Assembly (NCBI GenBank): GCA_964569695.1
Contig: CAZMUA010000005.1
Span: 18,904 to 82,903 of the forward strand
Source: an uncultured Woeseiaceae bacterium
Lineage (GTDB): Bacteria > Acidobacteriota > Vicinamibacteria > Vicinamibacterales > UBA823
DNA: 64,000 bases
Direction: 5' to 3'
Of this stretch, positions 41,589-49,498 are shown in pieces. The translations under genes were made by a program, and so were the position numbers. Position 1 is the stretch's first letter. Every line of letters begins with the position of its first letter. The notes beneath the pieces were generated by a model, which saw nothing but the letters and a program-made list of their open reading frames with translations, had not been told where the DNA came from and did not search any database.

Positions 41589-44048
41589 ATGACTAAAAAG
41601 AGTTCCAAAAAAACTACGCGGCGTAAATTTCTCCAGCATGTTACGGGAGGCGTCATTGTACCAGCCGTAGTTAAAGGAACTTCGCCCCTTGATGGGTCGA
41701 GTTCTTTTATTGACCGATCAAGCCAGAATGACCTGACAGCGATTATCAATCTGGAAACAGGTGTGACCCGTCCATGGCTTGGTTCGGCGTTGTGGGCAAA
41801 TCGTTTGCAGGACTGGAGGCTGAACGATGGTCGTATCGAATGTCTCGCTGGTGGCCAAGAAGATTTGGGTCGAACGGTTGGGATATTAACCCGTGAGATC
41901 GTGAGCGGTGAGGGGGCAGTGCATCTCCGCGTGCTGACCGGCACGCTTGAAATGTCAGGAAAAGGCGGGTTTAGTGGTTTCCTTATTGGTGTGGGTGCTG
42001 GAAATCTCGACTACCGGTCCTCTGCTTTGGCTCAAAAGGCATCTGGAATGGACGGGGGTTTCTGGTGTGGGTACGAAAGTGATGGTCAAATTCGATTTCG
42101 TGAACATACAGACGAGCGGGCGCCGCTTGCTTATAGGGAACTGTCCTCTGAGCAGACGAGTGAAGGGTTTAGTCCAAAGCGTAATTTGAATGAGGTAGTC
42201 GAATTACGCTTAGACATTAAGTTGCAATCAGACGGACGCTTCACGGTCACTCTGAATGCACTCGACGCTAAAACAGGGGAGCACTTGGCTGGAGGCATTC
42301 GTCGTGATGTTGCGGATCGGGATGTGACTGGGGCGGTAGCACTTGTATCCTCCGCGACACCGCAGGGTGTCGGTTGTGCTCGTCATTGGTTTCAAGATCT
42401 TGAGAGTGGCGGTTCCAAGATTGCCAATCATGCATCCAGGTCTTTGGGACCTATTCTGGGGACTCTGTATTCCCTTAACCAAAACGTCCTGAAGGTGTCT
42501 GTCCAGTTGATGCCTCTTAGTGATGATGCACCACGGACAGTTTTGTTTCAGTATCGAACCCCAGGAGGGCTGTGGCAAGAAGGAACTAATGCAGAGTGGG
42601 GGATGGGATACTCAGCAGTGTTTCGGATGGAAGAATGGGATTCTTCTCAATCTTGGGAATATCGCGTGCGATACAAAAACTTATCGGGAGTCCAACACGA
42701 TTATCTCGGAGTCGTTCAACAAGACCCGAAAGACTATGACGAGTTCGCTATAGCCCATCTAAGTTGTGTTATGCCAGTCGCCCGTTCGTTTGAGGGCGGG
42801 ATAGGTGAGCCTGAGCTACCGATAGCGGAATTATTAGGGCGTTACACTAATAAGAACATCCATTTTCCGCACGCTGATTTAGTTAGGCACCTCTCGGTTC
42901 ATGATCCGAAACTGCTTGTGTTTGCGGGCGACCAGTTGTACGAGCATCGTCCGACTCGGCAGGATGAGAGTAAGACACAAGGGTTGGATTATCTATATAA
43001 ATGGTTTCTTTGGTACTGGTCATTTGGCGACTTAACCCGTCGAGTGCCGACAATTATTCAGACTGACGATCATGACGTCTATCAGGGAAACCTTTGGGGC
43101 AATGGTGGTCGCGCAGCACCACCCAAGATTGTGGATCGTGACGGTGTAGCAACTAGAGTGCCTGATCAAAATCGTGGAGGGTATAGGTTCAGCCCTGGGT
43201 TCGTTAACCTTGTCCAGCAGACCCAGTGTGGACACAATCCCGACCCCTACGACCCGACACCGATTGAACAAGGCATTGGCGTGTACTATGCAACATTCAT
43301 CTATGGCGGTATCAGTTTTGCTCTTCTAGAGGACCGTAAGTTTAAGACTGCACCAATCCAAGGTGCAGACCTTGATGTCCATGAAGCAGAATTGTTGGGC
43401 GGTCGGCAGGAAGCATTTTTGCAGAGTTGGGCTCATGACAAAGGCGATGTTGATGGTCGTATCTGCTTAACTCAAACGGTATTTGCATGTGTGCAGACCA
43501 GTCCGGAAGGTCGCCCGTTAGTGGATTGGGATTCGAATGGTCACCCAAAACTTCAGCGTGATCGCGCAATCGCGTTATTGCGGGACGCGGGAGCGCTTGT
43601 ACTGGCAGGTGACCAGCATTTAGCTTCCATTGTGCGGCATGGTATTGATTCTCATACTGACGGTGTCGTGCAGTACACGGGTCCTGCGACACTATCGTTT
43701 TGGCAGCGCTGGTTTGAGCCACGCACGGGCTTACCTAATGCTCAGGGTAGGCATACAGGTGATTTTGTGGATGCTTTTGGGAATAGACTTCGAGTGCATG
43801 CTGTAGCAAATCCAAAGATTTCCTTCGACTATTATCGTCGGTTTAAGCCGGGTCGTAGCCAGGCGTTGGGAGACACTCAGCTAAAGAGTGAAGGCTACGG
43901 AATTATACGAGTCCAAAAATTACAAAAGAAATATGTCATTGAATGTTGGCCACGAGCTGTTGACCCCCGTGACCGGGATGCGGCTCAATTTGCAGGCTGG
44001 CCGTTTCATTTGCGGTTTGACGAGTGTGATGGACGGGCGCTTGATTAG
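41589..44048 (+). CDS. Tat-exported PhoD-like metallophosphatase with a large N-terminal domain of unknown function
   Basis: It has the Tat motif 'TRRKFLQH'. The C-terminal half carries 'FAGDQLYEH', 'QTDDHDVYQGNLWG' and 'LAGDQHLASIVRHG' (calcineurin/PhoD-like). The longest ORF starts at 41577. Confidence 0.75.
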   Translation: MTKKSSKKTTRRKFLQHVTGGVIVPAVVKGTSPLDGSSSFIDRSSQNDLTAIINLETGVTRPWLGSALWANRLQDWRLNDGRIECLAGGQEDLGRTVGILTREIVSGEGAVHLRVLTGTLEMSGKGGFSGFLIGVGAGNLDYRSSALAQKASGMDGGFWCGYESDGQIRFREHTDERAPLAYRELSSEQTSEGFSPKRNLNEVVELRLDIKLQSDGRFTVTLNALDAKTGEHLAGGIRRDVADRDVTGAVALVSSATPQGVGCARHWFQDLESGGSKIANHASRSLGPILGTLYSLNQNVLKVSVQLMPLSDDAPRTVLFQYRTPGGLWQEGTNAEWGMGYSAVFRMEEWDSSQSWEYRVRYKNLSGVQHDYLGVVQQDPKDYDEFAIAHLSCVMPVARSFEGGIGEPELPIAELLGRYTNKNIHFPHADLVRHLSVHDPKLLVFAGDQLYEHRPTRQDESKTQGLDYLYKWFLWYWSFGDLTRRVPTIIQTDDHDVYQGNLWGNGGRAAPPKIVDRDGVATRVPDQNRGGYRFSPGFVNLVQQTQCGHNPDPYDPTPIEQGIGVYYATFIYGGISFALLEDRKFKTAPIQGADLDVHEAELLGGRQEAFLQSWAHDKGDVDGRICLTQTVFACVQTSPEGRPLVDWDSNGHPKLQRDRAIALLRDAGALVLAGDQHLASIVRHGIDSHTDGVVQYTGPATLSFWQRWFEPRTGLPNAQGRHTGDFVDAFGNRLRVHAVANPKISFDYYRRFKPGRSQALGDTQLKSEGYGIIRVQKLQKKYVIECWPRAVDPRDRDAAQFAGWPFHLRFDECDGRALD

Positions 44049-44089
44049 CAAGGAGACCGAGTCATTCTAGTGTGATGCATGTCGAAAGT

Positions 44090-44119
44090 TTGACTTAACA
44101 TTGCTGGGCGGAGTATAAA
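44090..44119 (+). promoter_or_regulatory. candidate sigma70-type promoter of the thr-family operon leader
   Basis: TTGACT (44090-44095), an 18-nt spacer, then TATAAA (44114-44119), about 65 nt upstream of the leader ORF. Confidence 0.45.
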
Positions 44120-44183
44120 GATCTATTGGTTCTATTCGAAATAGCAGTGATTATGCTATTCACAACTTAGGAAGTTATCGCGG

Positions 44184-44315
44184 ATGATAAACGTGAGACT
44201 GTTCAGTTGGTTCAAGACCGCTGTAGATGTCAACTTCACGATATCTGTAAGCACGGCGACGATCGTCACTATTTTCGGCACGACCACGATGCCGTGGGCG
44301 TGCAAGATGATGTAG
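44184..44315 (+). CDS. Thr/Ile-rich leader peptide (thrL-like), 43 aa
   Basis: Translated by hand because it is under 60 aa and absent from the ORF track: MINVRLFSWFKTAVDVNFTISVSTATIVTIFGTTTMPWACKMM. It has an SD-like AGGAAG at 44169-44174. Its stop codon lies inside the antiterminator arm. Confidence 0.6.
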   Translation: MINVRLFSWFKTAVDVNFTISVSTATIVTIFGTTTMPWACKMM

Positions 44316-44345
44316 CCTGAACCAAGTAAGAGCAAGTAATCAAAG

Positions 44346-44377
44346 GCCATCATCCGAGCGGATGATGGCTTTTTTTT
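44346..44377 (+). terminator. Rho-independent terminator (attenuator) upstream of hom
   Basis: A perfect 10-bp stem GCCATCATCC (44346-44355) / GGATGATGGC (44360-44369) with loop GAGC, followed by eight T (44370-44377). Confidence 0.85.
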
Positions 44378-44406
44378 ATTCAGGGAAGAGGCGCGAAGAA
44401 TCTTTC

Positions 44407-45705
44407 ATGTCTAGTGATAAAGGCCAACCGAAAGTTCGAAGAGTAGGGATAGCTGGGTTTGGCACCGTGGGCCAGTCGGTAGCACGGTTGCTGTGTTCAG
44501 AGAGATATCCGGATCTGCTGTTAACGCACATCTACAATAGAAATATAGAGGCGAAGAAAGTCGATTGGGTGCCAAGACACGTCGTATGGACGGATCGGAT
44601 TGAAGATGTGCTAGATACTGATGTGGATATATTTGTTGAATTGATCGGTGGACTATCACCTGCAAAAGAGTGGATTGAAACCTCCATTAAGGGTGGACAG
44701 TCAGTCGTAACGGCGAACAAGCAAGTAATTGCTAAACACGGTGCTGAGCTTTGCACATTGGTTCGTCAAAGTGGCACGGCGCTAGGTTTCGAAGCGGCCG
44801 TTGGTGGCGGCATTCCAATGGTGCGAGGTATTCAGCAGGGGTTAGGGTCGGATCATTTAGTCGAACTTCTCGGAGTTTTAAACGGTACCTGCAACTTCAT
44901 CTTTGACCGTATGGAGTGCGAAGCGGTCACCATGGAGGAGGCAGTACAGGAGGCGCAGGCGCTCGGTTACGCGGAGGCGGATCCTTCAGATGACCTAGAC
45001 GGATTGGATGCACAGGCGAAGATCTCCATCTTGTCAGCGGTAGGACTTCGTCGTCGATTGACGCCGAGCGATATTCCAACTCGTACTATTAAGAGTGTTG
45101 GCCAAATGGAGTTTCGGCAGGCCGACAAATCGAACTATGTGATTCGACAGGTCTCACGTGTTGCTGTGGATAATTCTCAAGATGATCAAGTTCAAGCCCT
45201 AGTAACTCCTGCGTTAGTTCCAAAATCTTCACGCCTTGGCCAGGTGCATGGTGCTGAAAACATAATCGTAACGCGCGGTAAATGGGGAGGAGAATCAGCG
45301 TTTGTTGGGCTTGGGGCCGGCGGCGAACCTACGGCTATTGCTGTTGTTGGTGACCTCTTGAGTATTGCGGAAGATACCGGGATTAGCGCAGCGATGCGCT
45401 TTCCGGCATCAGAATCGACGTCTCGAATATCCAAAGAATATATTTCACGACATTATCTGCGAATGCCTGCTGTTCTTCCGGATGGGATGAATTCAGTATC
45501 TGATCGACTTAAGAGGAATGGTGTTGAAGTAGAAAAGACTTGGCAAGAATCAGAGCACTCTGGCCAATTGTTTACGCTAATGTTCACCGGCTTGGCATCG
45601 TTCTCGGTCATTCAAGAAATGTGTGGTGAAGTTGAGGGGAAACTCAAGGATGGGGAGCAATGTGTGTGGTTGCCAATCTTGGATGAAAACACGAAAGAGC
45701 ACTGA
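44407..45705 (+). CDS. hom: homoserine dehydrogenase
   Basis: It has 'VGIAGFGTVGQSV' (Rossmann fold), 'VVTANKQ', 'FEAAVGGGIP' and a C-terminal ACT-like domain. The longest-ORF start (44362) lies inside the terminator hairpin, so the Met at 44407 is preferred. Confidence 0.9.
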   Translation: MSSDKGQPKVRRVGIAGFGTVGQSVARLLCSERYPDLLLTHIYNRNIEAKKVDWVPRHVVWTDRIEDVLDTDVDIFVELIGGLSPAKEWIETSIKGGQSVVTANKQVIAKHGAELCTLVRQSGTALGFEAAVGGGIPMVRGIQQGLGSDHLVELLGVLNGTCNFIFDRMECEAVTMEEAVQEAQALGYAEADPSDDLDGLDAQAKISILSAVGLRRRLTPSDIPTRTIKSVGQMEFRQADKSNYVIRQVSRVAVDNSQDDQVQALVTPALVPKSSRLGQVHGAENIIVTRGKWGGESAFVGLGAGGEPTAIAVVGDLLSIAEDTGISAAMRFPASESTSRISKEYISRHYLRMPAVLPDGMNSVSDRLKRNGVEVEKTWQESEHSGQLFTLMFTGLASFSVIQEMCGEVEGKLKDGEQCVWLPILDENTKEH

Positions 45706-45724
45706 ACTGTTGCAAGGATAACGG

Positions 45725-46954
45725 ATGACATATTTTACTGGGTTGCAGTGTTTTCTATGCGGGACGGCCTTTCCGGCTAAGGCTTTGTTCGTCTGCGATC
45801 AATGCCTCGGGCCACTTGAACCGACATATGACTTTGACGCCGTGCGGGCTGACATGTCGCGTGCTGCCGTTGCATCGCGGCCGCAAAATTTGTGGCGTTA
45901 TCGAGAACTTCTTCCGATTGTAGGAGAACCCAGGACGGGTCTTCAGTCCGGATTTACGCCCTTGGTCCGTGCTGACCGTCTAGCTCGTGAGGTAGGTCTT
46001 CAAGAGCTTTATCTTAAGGATGATTCCGTGAATCATCCAAGCCTGTCCTACAAGGATCGAGTGGTCTCGGTGGCCGCGACTCGAGCCGTCGAACTGGGTT
46101 TTCAGAAATTCGGCTGTGCGTCCACTGGTAATCTAGCCAATAGTGTTTCTGCACACGCTGCACGTCTGGGCTTGGAGTGCTATGTGTTCATTCCAAAGAC
46201 GCTTGAACCTGGAAAGATAATAGGCACCTCGATCACAAATGCACATGTTGTAGCCATAGATGGAACCTACGATGACGTTAATCGACTGTGTACACAAGTC
46301 GCGGACCGTTTTGAAATTGGATTCGCAAATATTAACTTACGCACCTATTATGCGGAAGGTGCTAAAACGCACGCGTTCGAAATCGCGGAACAACTCGGCT
46401 GGACTTTTCCTAAACATGTAGTTGTGCCGGTTGCAGGAGGCACCTTATTACCCAGAGTGGGAAAAGGGTTTCGGGAGTTACGAGACATCGGCTTCGTTAG
46501 CGATTCGATGCCAAAAATTCATGCGGCTCAAGCTGCTGGTTCCGCACCAGTTGTTCGAGCCCTCCATGAAGGGCTCGAATATCCCGAACCAGTCAAGCCA
46601 GAAACCATCGCGAAGTCAATTGCTATTGGAAATCCGGCTGATGGATTTCAAGTCCTTCAAGTGGTGCGTGAAACTGGTGGTTGGGGCGCGATGGTGAGTG
46701 ACAGTCAAATCCTTGCGGCAATGAAATTACTCGCCGAAACTGAGGGTATTTTTACGGAGCCTGCTGGAGGTACTACGTTGGCTGTGACGTTAGCGCTTGT
46801 CGAAGAAGGAAAAATTCCACGTGATGAATCAGTCGTGGTGTCCATTACAGGTAACGGCTATAAAACGACTGATGCGATTAGCGGTCAGTTGAAACCTGTT
46901 GTGCAACTTGGACGCTCTTTGAAAGAGTTTGAGACTTTTCTAGCTGATCGGTAG
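45725..46954 (+). CDS. thrC: threonine synthase (subfamily with an N-terminal zinc ribbon)
   Basis: 409 aa with 'CFLCG...CDQC' and the PLP-Lys context 'PSLSYKDR'. The fold-type II layout and operon context agree. Confidence 0.88.
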   Translation: MTYFTGLQCFLCGTAFPAKALFVCDQCLGPLEPTYDFDAVRADMSRAAVASRPQNLWRYRELLPIVGEPRTGLQSGFTPLVRADRLAREVGLQELYLKDDSVNHPSLSYKDRVVSVAATRAVELGFQKFGCASTGNLANSVSAHAARLGLECYVFIPKTLEPGKIIGTSITNAHVVAIDGTYDDVNRLCTQVADRFEIGFANINLRTYYAEGAKTHAFEIAEQLGWTFPKHVVVPVAGGTLLPRVGKGFRELRDIGFVSDSMPKIHAAQAAGSAPVVRALHEGLEYPEPVKPETIAKSIAIGNPADGFQVLQVVRETGGWGAMVSDSQILAAMKLLAETEGIFTEPAGGTTLAVTLALVEEGKIPRDESVVVSITGNGYKTTDAISGQLKPVVQLGRSLKEFETFLADR

Positions 46955-46986
46955 GTTGACGGATAATCGTTCTTAGATGATCAGGT

Positions 46987-48234
46987 GTGAGGCCGGCAAT
47001 GGATAAGATGCACGAATGGAGTGAGGTCGTCGAAGCCGAAGGGCATTTAATTGATTCTGAGGTATTAACTACCATTTTTGACAAGGTTATCGAGCAGGGC
47101 GCCAAGTTCGAGGTTGAACATTTCGATATTGGTCGGACAAACGAGGATTCGTCCAGACTCTGTCTGAAAGTCACAGCTTCCAGTGAAGCTGCCTTGCAAC
47201 GGTTGTTAGAAGACCTAGTGCCCCTAGGCTGTCATCAAGGTCCAGAGCGTGATGCGAAATTAGAGTTAGCAGCATCGGAGGGTTGTGCACCAGAGGCGTT
47301 CTATTCAACAACGAATCATCGCACGCGAATAAGGCATGGCGGTTCTTGGATTGATGTTAAACATCAGCGCATGGATGCTGTAATTGTAGTGAAGAATGGA
47401 AAGGCAACTTGTCGGAAGCTTCGAGACCTCAAGGTTGGAGAGTTAGTGGTTTGTGGAGCTGATGGGATTCGGGTAAGCCCCGAGTACCGTGAACGCGATC
47501 GGTTAGGCTTTGCGTTCATGACAAATGATATTTCGTCTGAACGGCGTGTTGAAGTTGGCGTGGTCCGTGTTGCTGCCATGATGGATGAAGTCCGGAAAGC
47601 AGGTGGCCGCATTGTTTTCGTAGCCGGTCCATTAATCGTGCACACTGGAGGCGCTCCTTACTTCGCTGAACTTATTAGGCTAGGTTATGTTGATGCATTG
47701 TTGGCCGGTAATGCTCTAGCTGTACACGACATCGAGTTAGCCCTATTTGGAACCTCTTTGGGGGTCGACCTGGAGTCGGGGATGACTGTTGAGCACGGCC
47801 ATCAAAACCATATGCGGGCGATCAATACCATCAATACGGCAGGAGGAATTAGTCAGGCAGTTCAGGCCGATGTCTTAAATGCTGGCGTGATGTACGAGTG
47901 TGTCCAAAAAGGCGTGGAGTACGTACTCGCTGGAAGCATTCGTGACGATGGTCCTCTACGAGACACCGTTATGGATTTGGTTGAGGCGCAAGAGCAGTAT
48001 GCGAAGGTGTTGAAAGACGCGTCGATGGTCGTAATGCTTTCATCGATGCTTCACAGTATCGGTGTCGGTAATATGTTGCCATCATGGGTGAGAGTTGTTT
48101 GTGTGGACATAAATCCTGCTGTGGTGACTAAGCTGGCTGATCGAGGATCGTCGCAAACTGCTGGCATTGTTACTGATGTTGGTCTGTTTCTTGAGCGCTT
48201 GATTCGTCAGGTGCGACCTCGTTCTAAGAATTAG
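46987..48234 (+). CDS. uncharacterised LOR/SDH conserved-region (TIGR00300-like) protein
   Basis: 415 aa. The N-terminal 'VEAEGHLIDSEVLTTIFDKVIEQG' and the overall layout resemble the PF04455/TIGR00300 family as I remember it. No GHMP-kinase, HAD or PGM-like motifs are present. The start could be ATG 46999. Confidence 0.6.
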   Translation: MRPAMDKMHEWSEVVEAEGHLIDSEVLTTIFDKVIEQGAKFEVEHFDIGRTNEDSSRLCLKVTASSEAALQRLLEDLVPLGCHQGPERDAKLELAASEGCAPEAFYSTTNHRTRIRHGGSWIDVKHQRMDAVIVVKNGKATCRKLRDLKVGELVVCGADGIRVSPEYRERDRLGFAFMTNDISSERRVEVGVVRVAAMMDEVRKAGGRIVFVAGPLIVHTGGAPYFAELIRLGYVDALLAGNALAVHDIELALFGTSLGVDLESGMTVEHGHQNHMRAINTINTAGGISQAVQADVLNAGVMYECVQKGVEYVLAGSIRDDGPLRDTVMDLVEAQEQYAKVLKDASMVVMLSSMLHSIGVGNMLPSWVRVVCVDINPAVVTKLADRGSSQTAGIVTDVGLFLERLIRQVRPRSKN

Positions 48235-48250
48235 ACGAGAGGTTCAAGCT

Positions 48251-49498
48251 TTGAGTATTACGCAAACAGCAGAAATCGTGGTTAGGAAATATGGCGGTAG
48301 TTCGATCGCTACTCCTGAAAAGGTGATAGCGATTGCCGATCGAATCGCTGCGACTCGAAGTGCTCTGCCGAAGTTGGTCGTTGTGGTGTCAGCGATGGGA
48401 AAGACCACTGACGACTTAGTTGCCTTGGCGCATCAGGTGACACGCCAACCAGAAGGCCGAGAAATGGATTTATTGCTTGCTTCAGGAGAACAGATTTCAG
48501 TTTCACTGCTTGGGCTTGCGTTACAAGACCGGGACGTACCAGCCGTATCTCTTACCGCTACCCAGTGCGGTATTCGGACTGATGAAATGTTTAATGTCGC
48601 GCGAATTCGATCGATCGATACACAACGAATTCTTGATGAACTCCGTGACGATCGAGTAGTAATTATTACGGGATTTCAAGGGGTGACCGATTCGCATGAG
48701 ATTACGACACTCGGTCGAGGAGGTAGCGACGTCACGGGTGCCGCTGTGGCTGCAGCACTCGATGCACAGGTATGCGAAATTTGTACGGATGTTGACGGAG
48801 TCCTTTCTGCTGATCCGTCAGTCGCCTCGAATGCAAGATTATGGTCTGAGCTTAGTTATGAGGAGGCTATTGAAATGGCTTCGAGTGGAGCCAAAGTGCT
48901 CCATCCTCGGGCTGCGGAAATTTGTATGAATTATGGAATTCCAATTCACGTCCGATCGAGTTTTCATAATCGCGAAGGGACTTGGATTCGTTCAAGAGAG
49001 GATGTTATGGAAACGGCTGAAGTCGTTGGCGTCAGCAGTGACAAGAACGTAGCGAAAATGACACTCCTAAATGTCGAGGATCGTCCTGGCATTGCTGCGA
49101 AGGTCTTTGAGGAATTGGCTGTAGAAGGTATCAGTGTTCGACTGATCATCCAAAGTGCAAGTTCTGAGGATCGAGCACGAATTACCTTTATTGTTGACGA
49201 AGAATATGTGGACGCGGCTACTGAGGTGTTTCGCCGCTGGAAAGAAGAAGAATTGGCAACGGACGTGTTGGTTGACAGAGATGTTGCCAAGATCTCGATA
49301 GTGGGTTCGCGACTTGCGTCCACGCCCAATTTAGCGGCAAGAATGTTTGTTGCCTTAGCTCGCGAGAATATCAACATCGATTGTATAAGTTCTTCTGAGA
49401 TGAAAGTCGCATGTGTGATTGCCTCGAAGCATCTCAATAAAGCTGTGCAAGTAGTGCACGATGAATTCTTTGCACTGGAATTGAAGGCCGATGGATAA
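48251..49498 (+). CDS. lysC: aspartate kinase (monofunctional, two ACT domains)
   Basis: 415 aa with 'VVRKYGGSS', 'VVVVSAMGKTTD' and 'LGRGGSD', plus C-terminal tandem ACT domains. TTG start. Confidence 0.92.
   Translation: MSITQTAEIVVRKYGGSSIATPEKVIAIADRIAATRSALPKLVVVVSAMGKTTDDLVALAHQVTRQPEGREMDLLLASGEQISVSLLGLALQDRDVPAVSLTATQCGIRTDEMFNVARIRSIDTQRILDELRDDRVVIITGFQGVTDSHEITTLGRGGSDVTGAAVAAALDAQVCEICTDVDGVLSADPSVASNARLWSELSYEEAIEMASSGAKVLHPRAAEICMNYGIPIHVRSSFHNREGTWIRSREDVMETAEVVGVSSDKNVAKMTLLNVEDRPGIAAKVFEELAVEGISVRLIIQSASSEDRARITFIVDEEYVDAATEVFRRWKEEELATDVLVDRDVAKISIVGSRLASTPNLAARMFVALARENINIDCISSSEMKVACVIASKHLNKAVQVVHDEFFALELKADG

Noticed and set aside
41552-41944. A 130-aa minus-strand ORF overlapping the sulfatase/PhoD junction.
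   Set aside because: It lies wholly antisense to the well-supported PhoD-like gene. It is Arg/Ser/Pro-rich and low in complexity, and it resembles no family I recognise.
44156-44353. A 65-aa hydrophobic minus-strand ORF (MMAFDYLLLLGSGYIILHAHGIVVV...) that could pass for a small membrane peptide or toxin.
   Set aside because: It is the antisense of the Thr/Ile-rich leader. ACN/ATN codons read backwards give Val, Ile and Gly-rich hydrophobic sequence. Its start lies inside the terminator stem and it has no SD. The plus-strand attenuator explains the region better. I cannot formally exclude it.
44362-44406. Longest-ORF N-terminal extension of hom (MMAFFYSGKRREESF).
   Set aside because: These codons are the 3' arm and T-tract of the attenuator terminator. 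The Met at 44407 precedes the Rossmann motif at a normal distance.
48964-49437. A long antisense ORF of 157 aa. Similar ones lie at 62070..62498, 53327..53725, 54271..54651, 54878..55273, 43342..43722, 7697..8065 and 14379..14726.
   Set aside because: Each lies opposite a confidently identified enzyme gene. Their composition (Ser/Arg/Pro-rich) is typical of antisense frames, and none has a recognisable motif.
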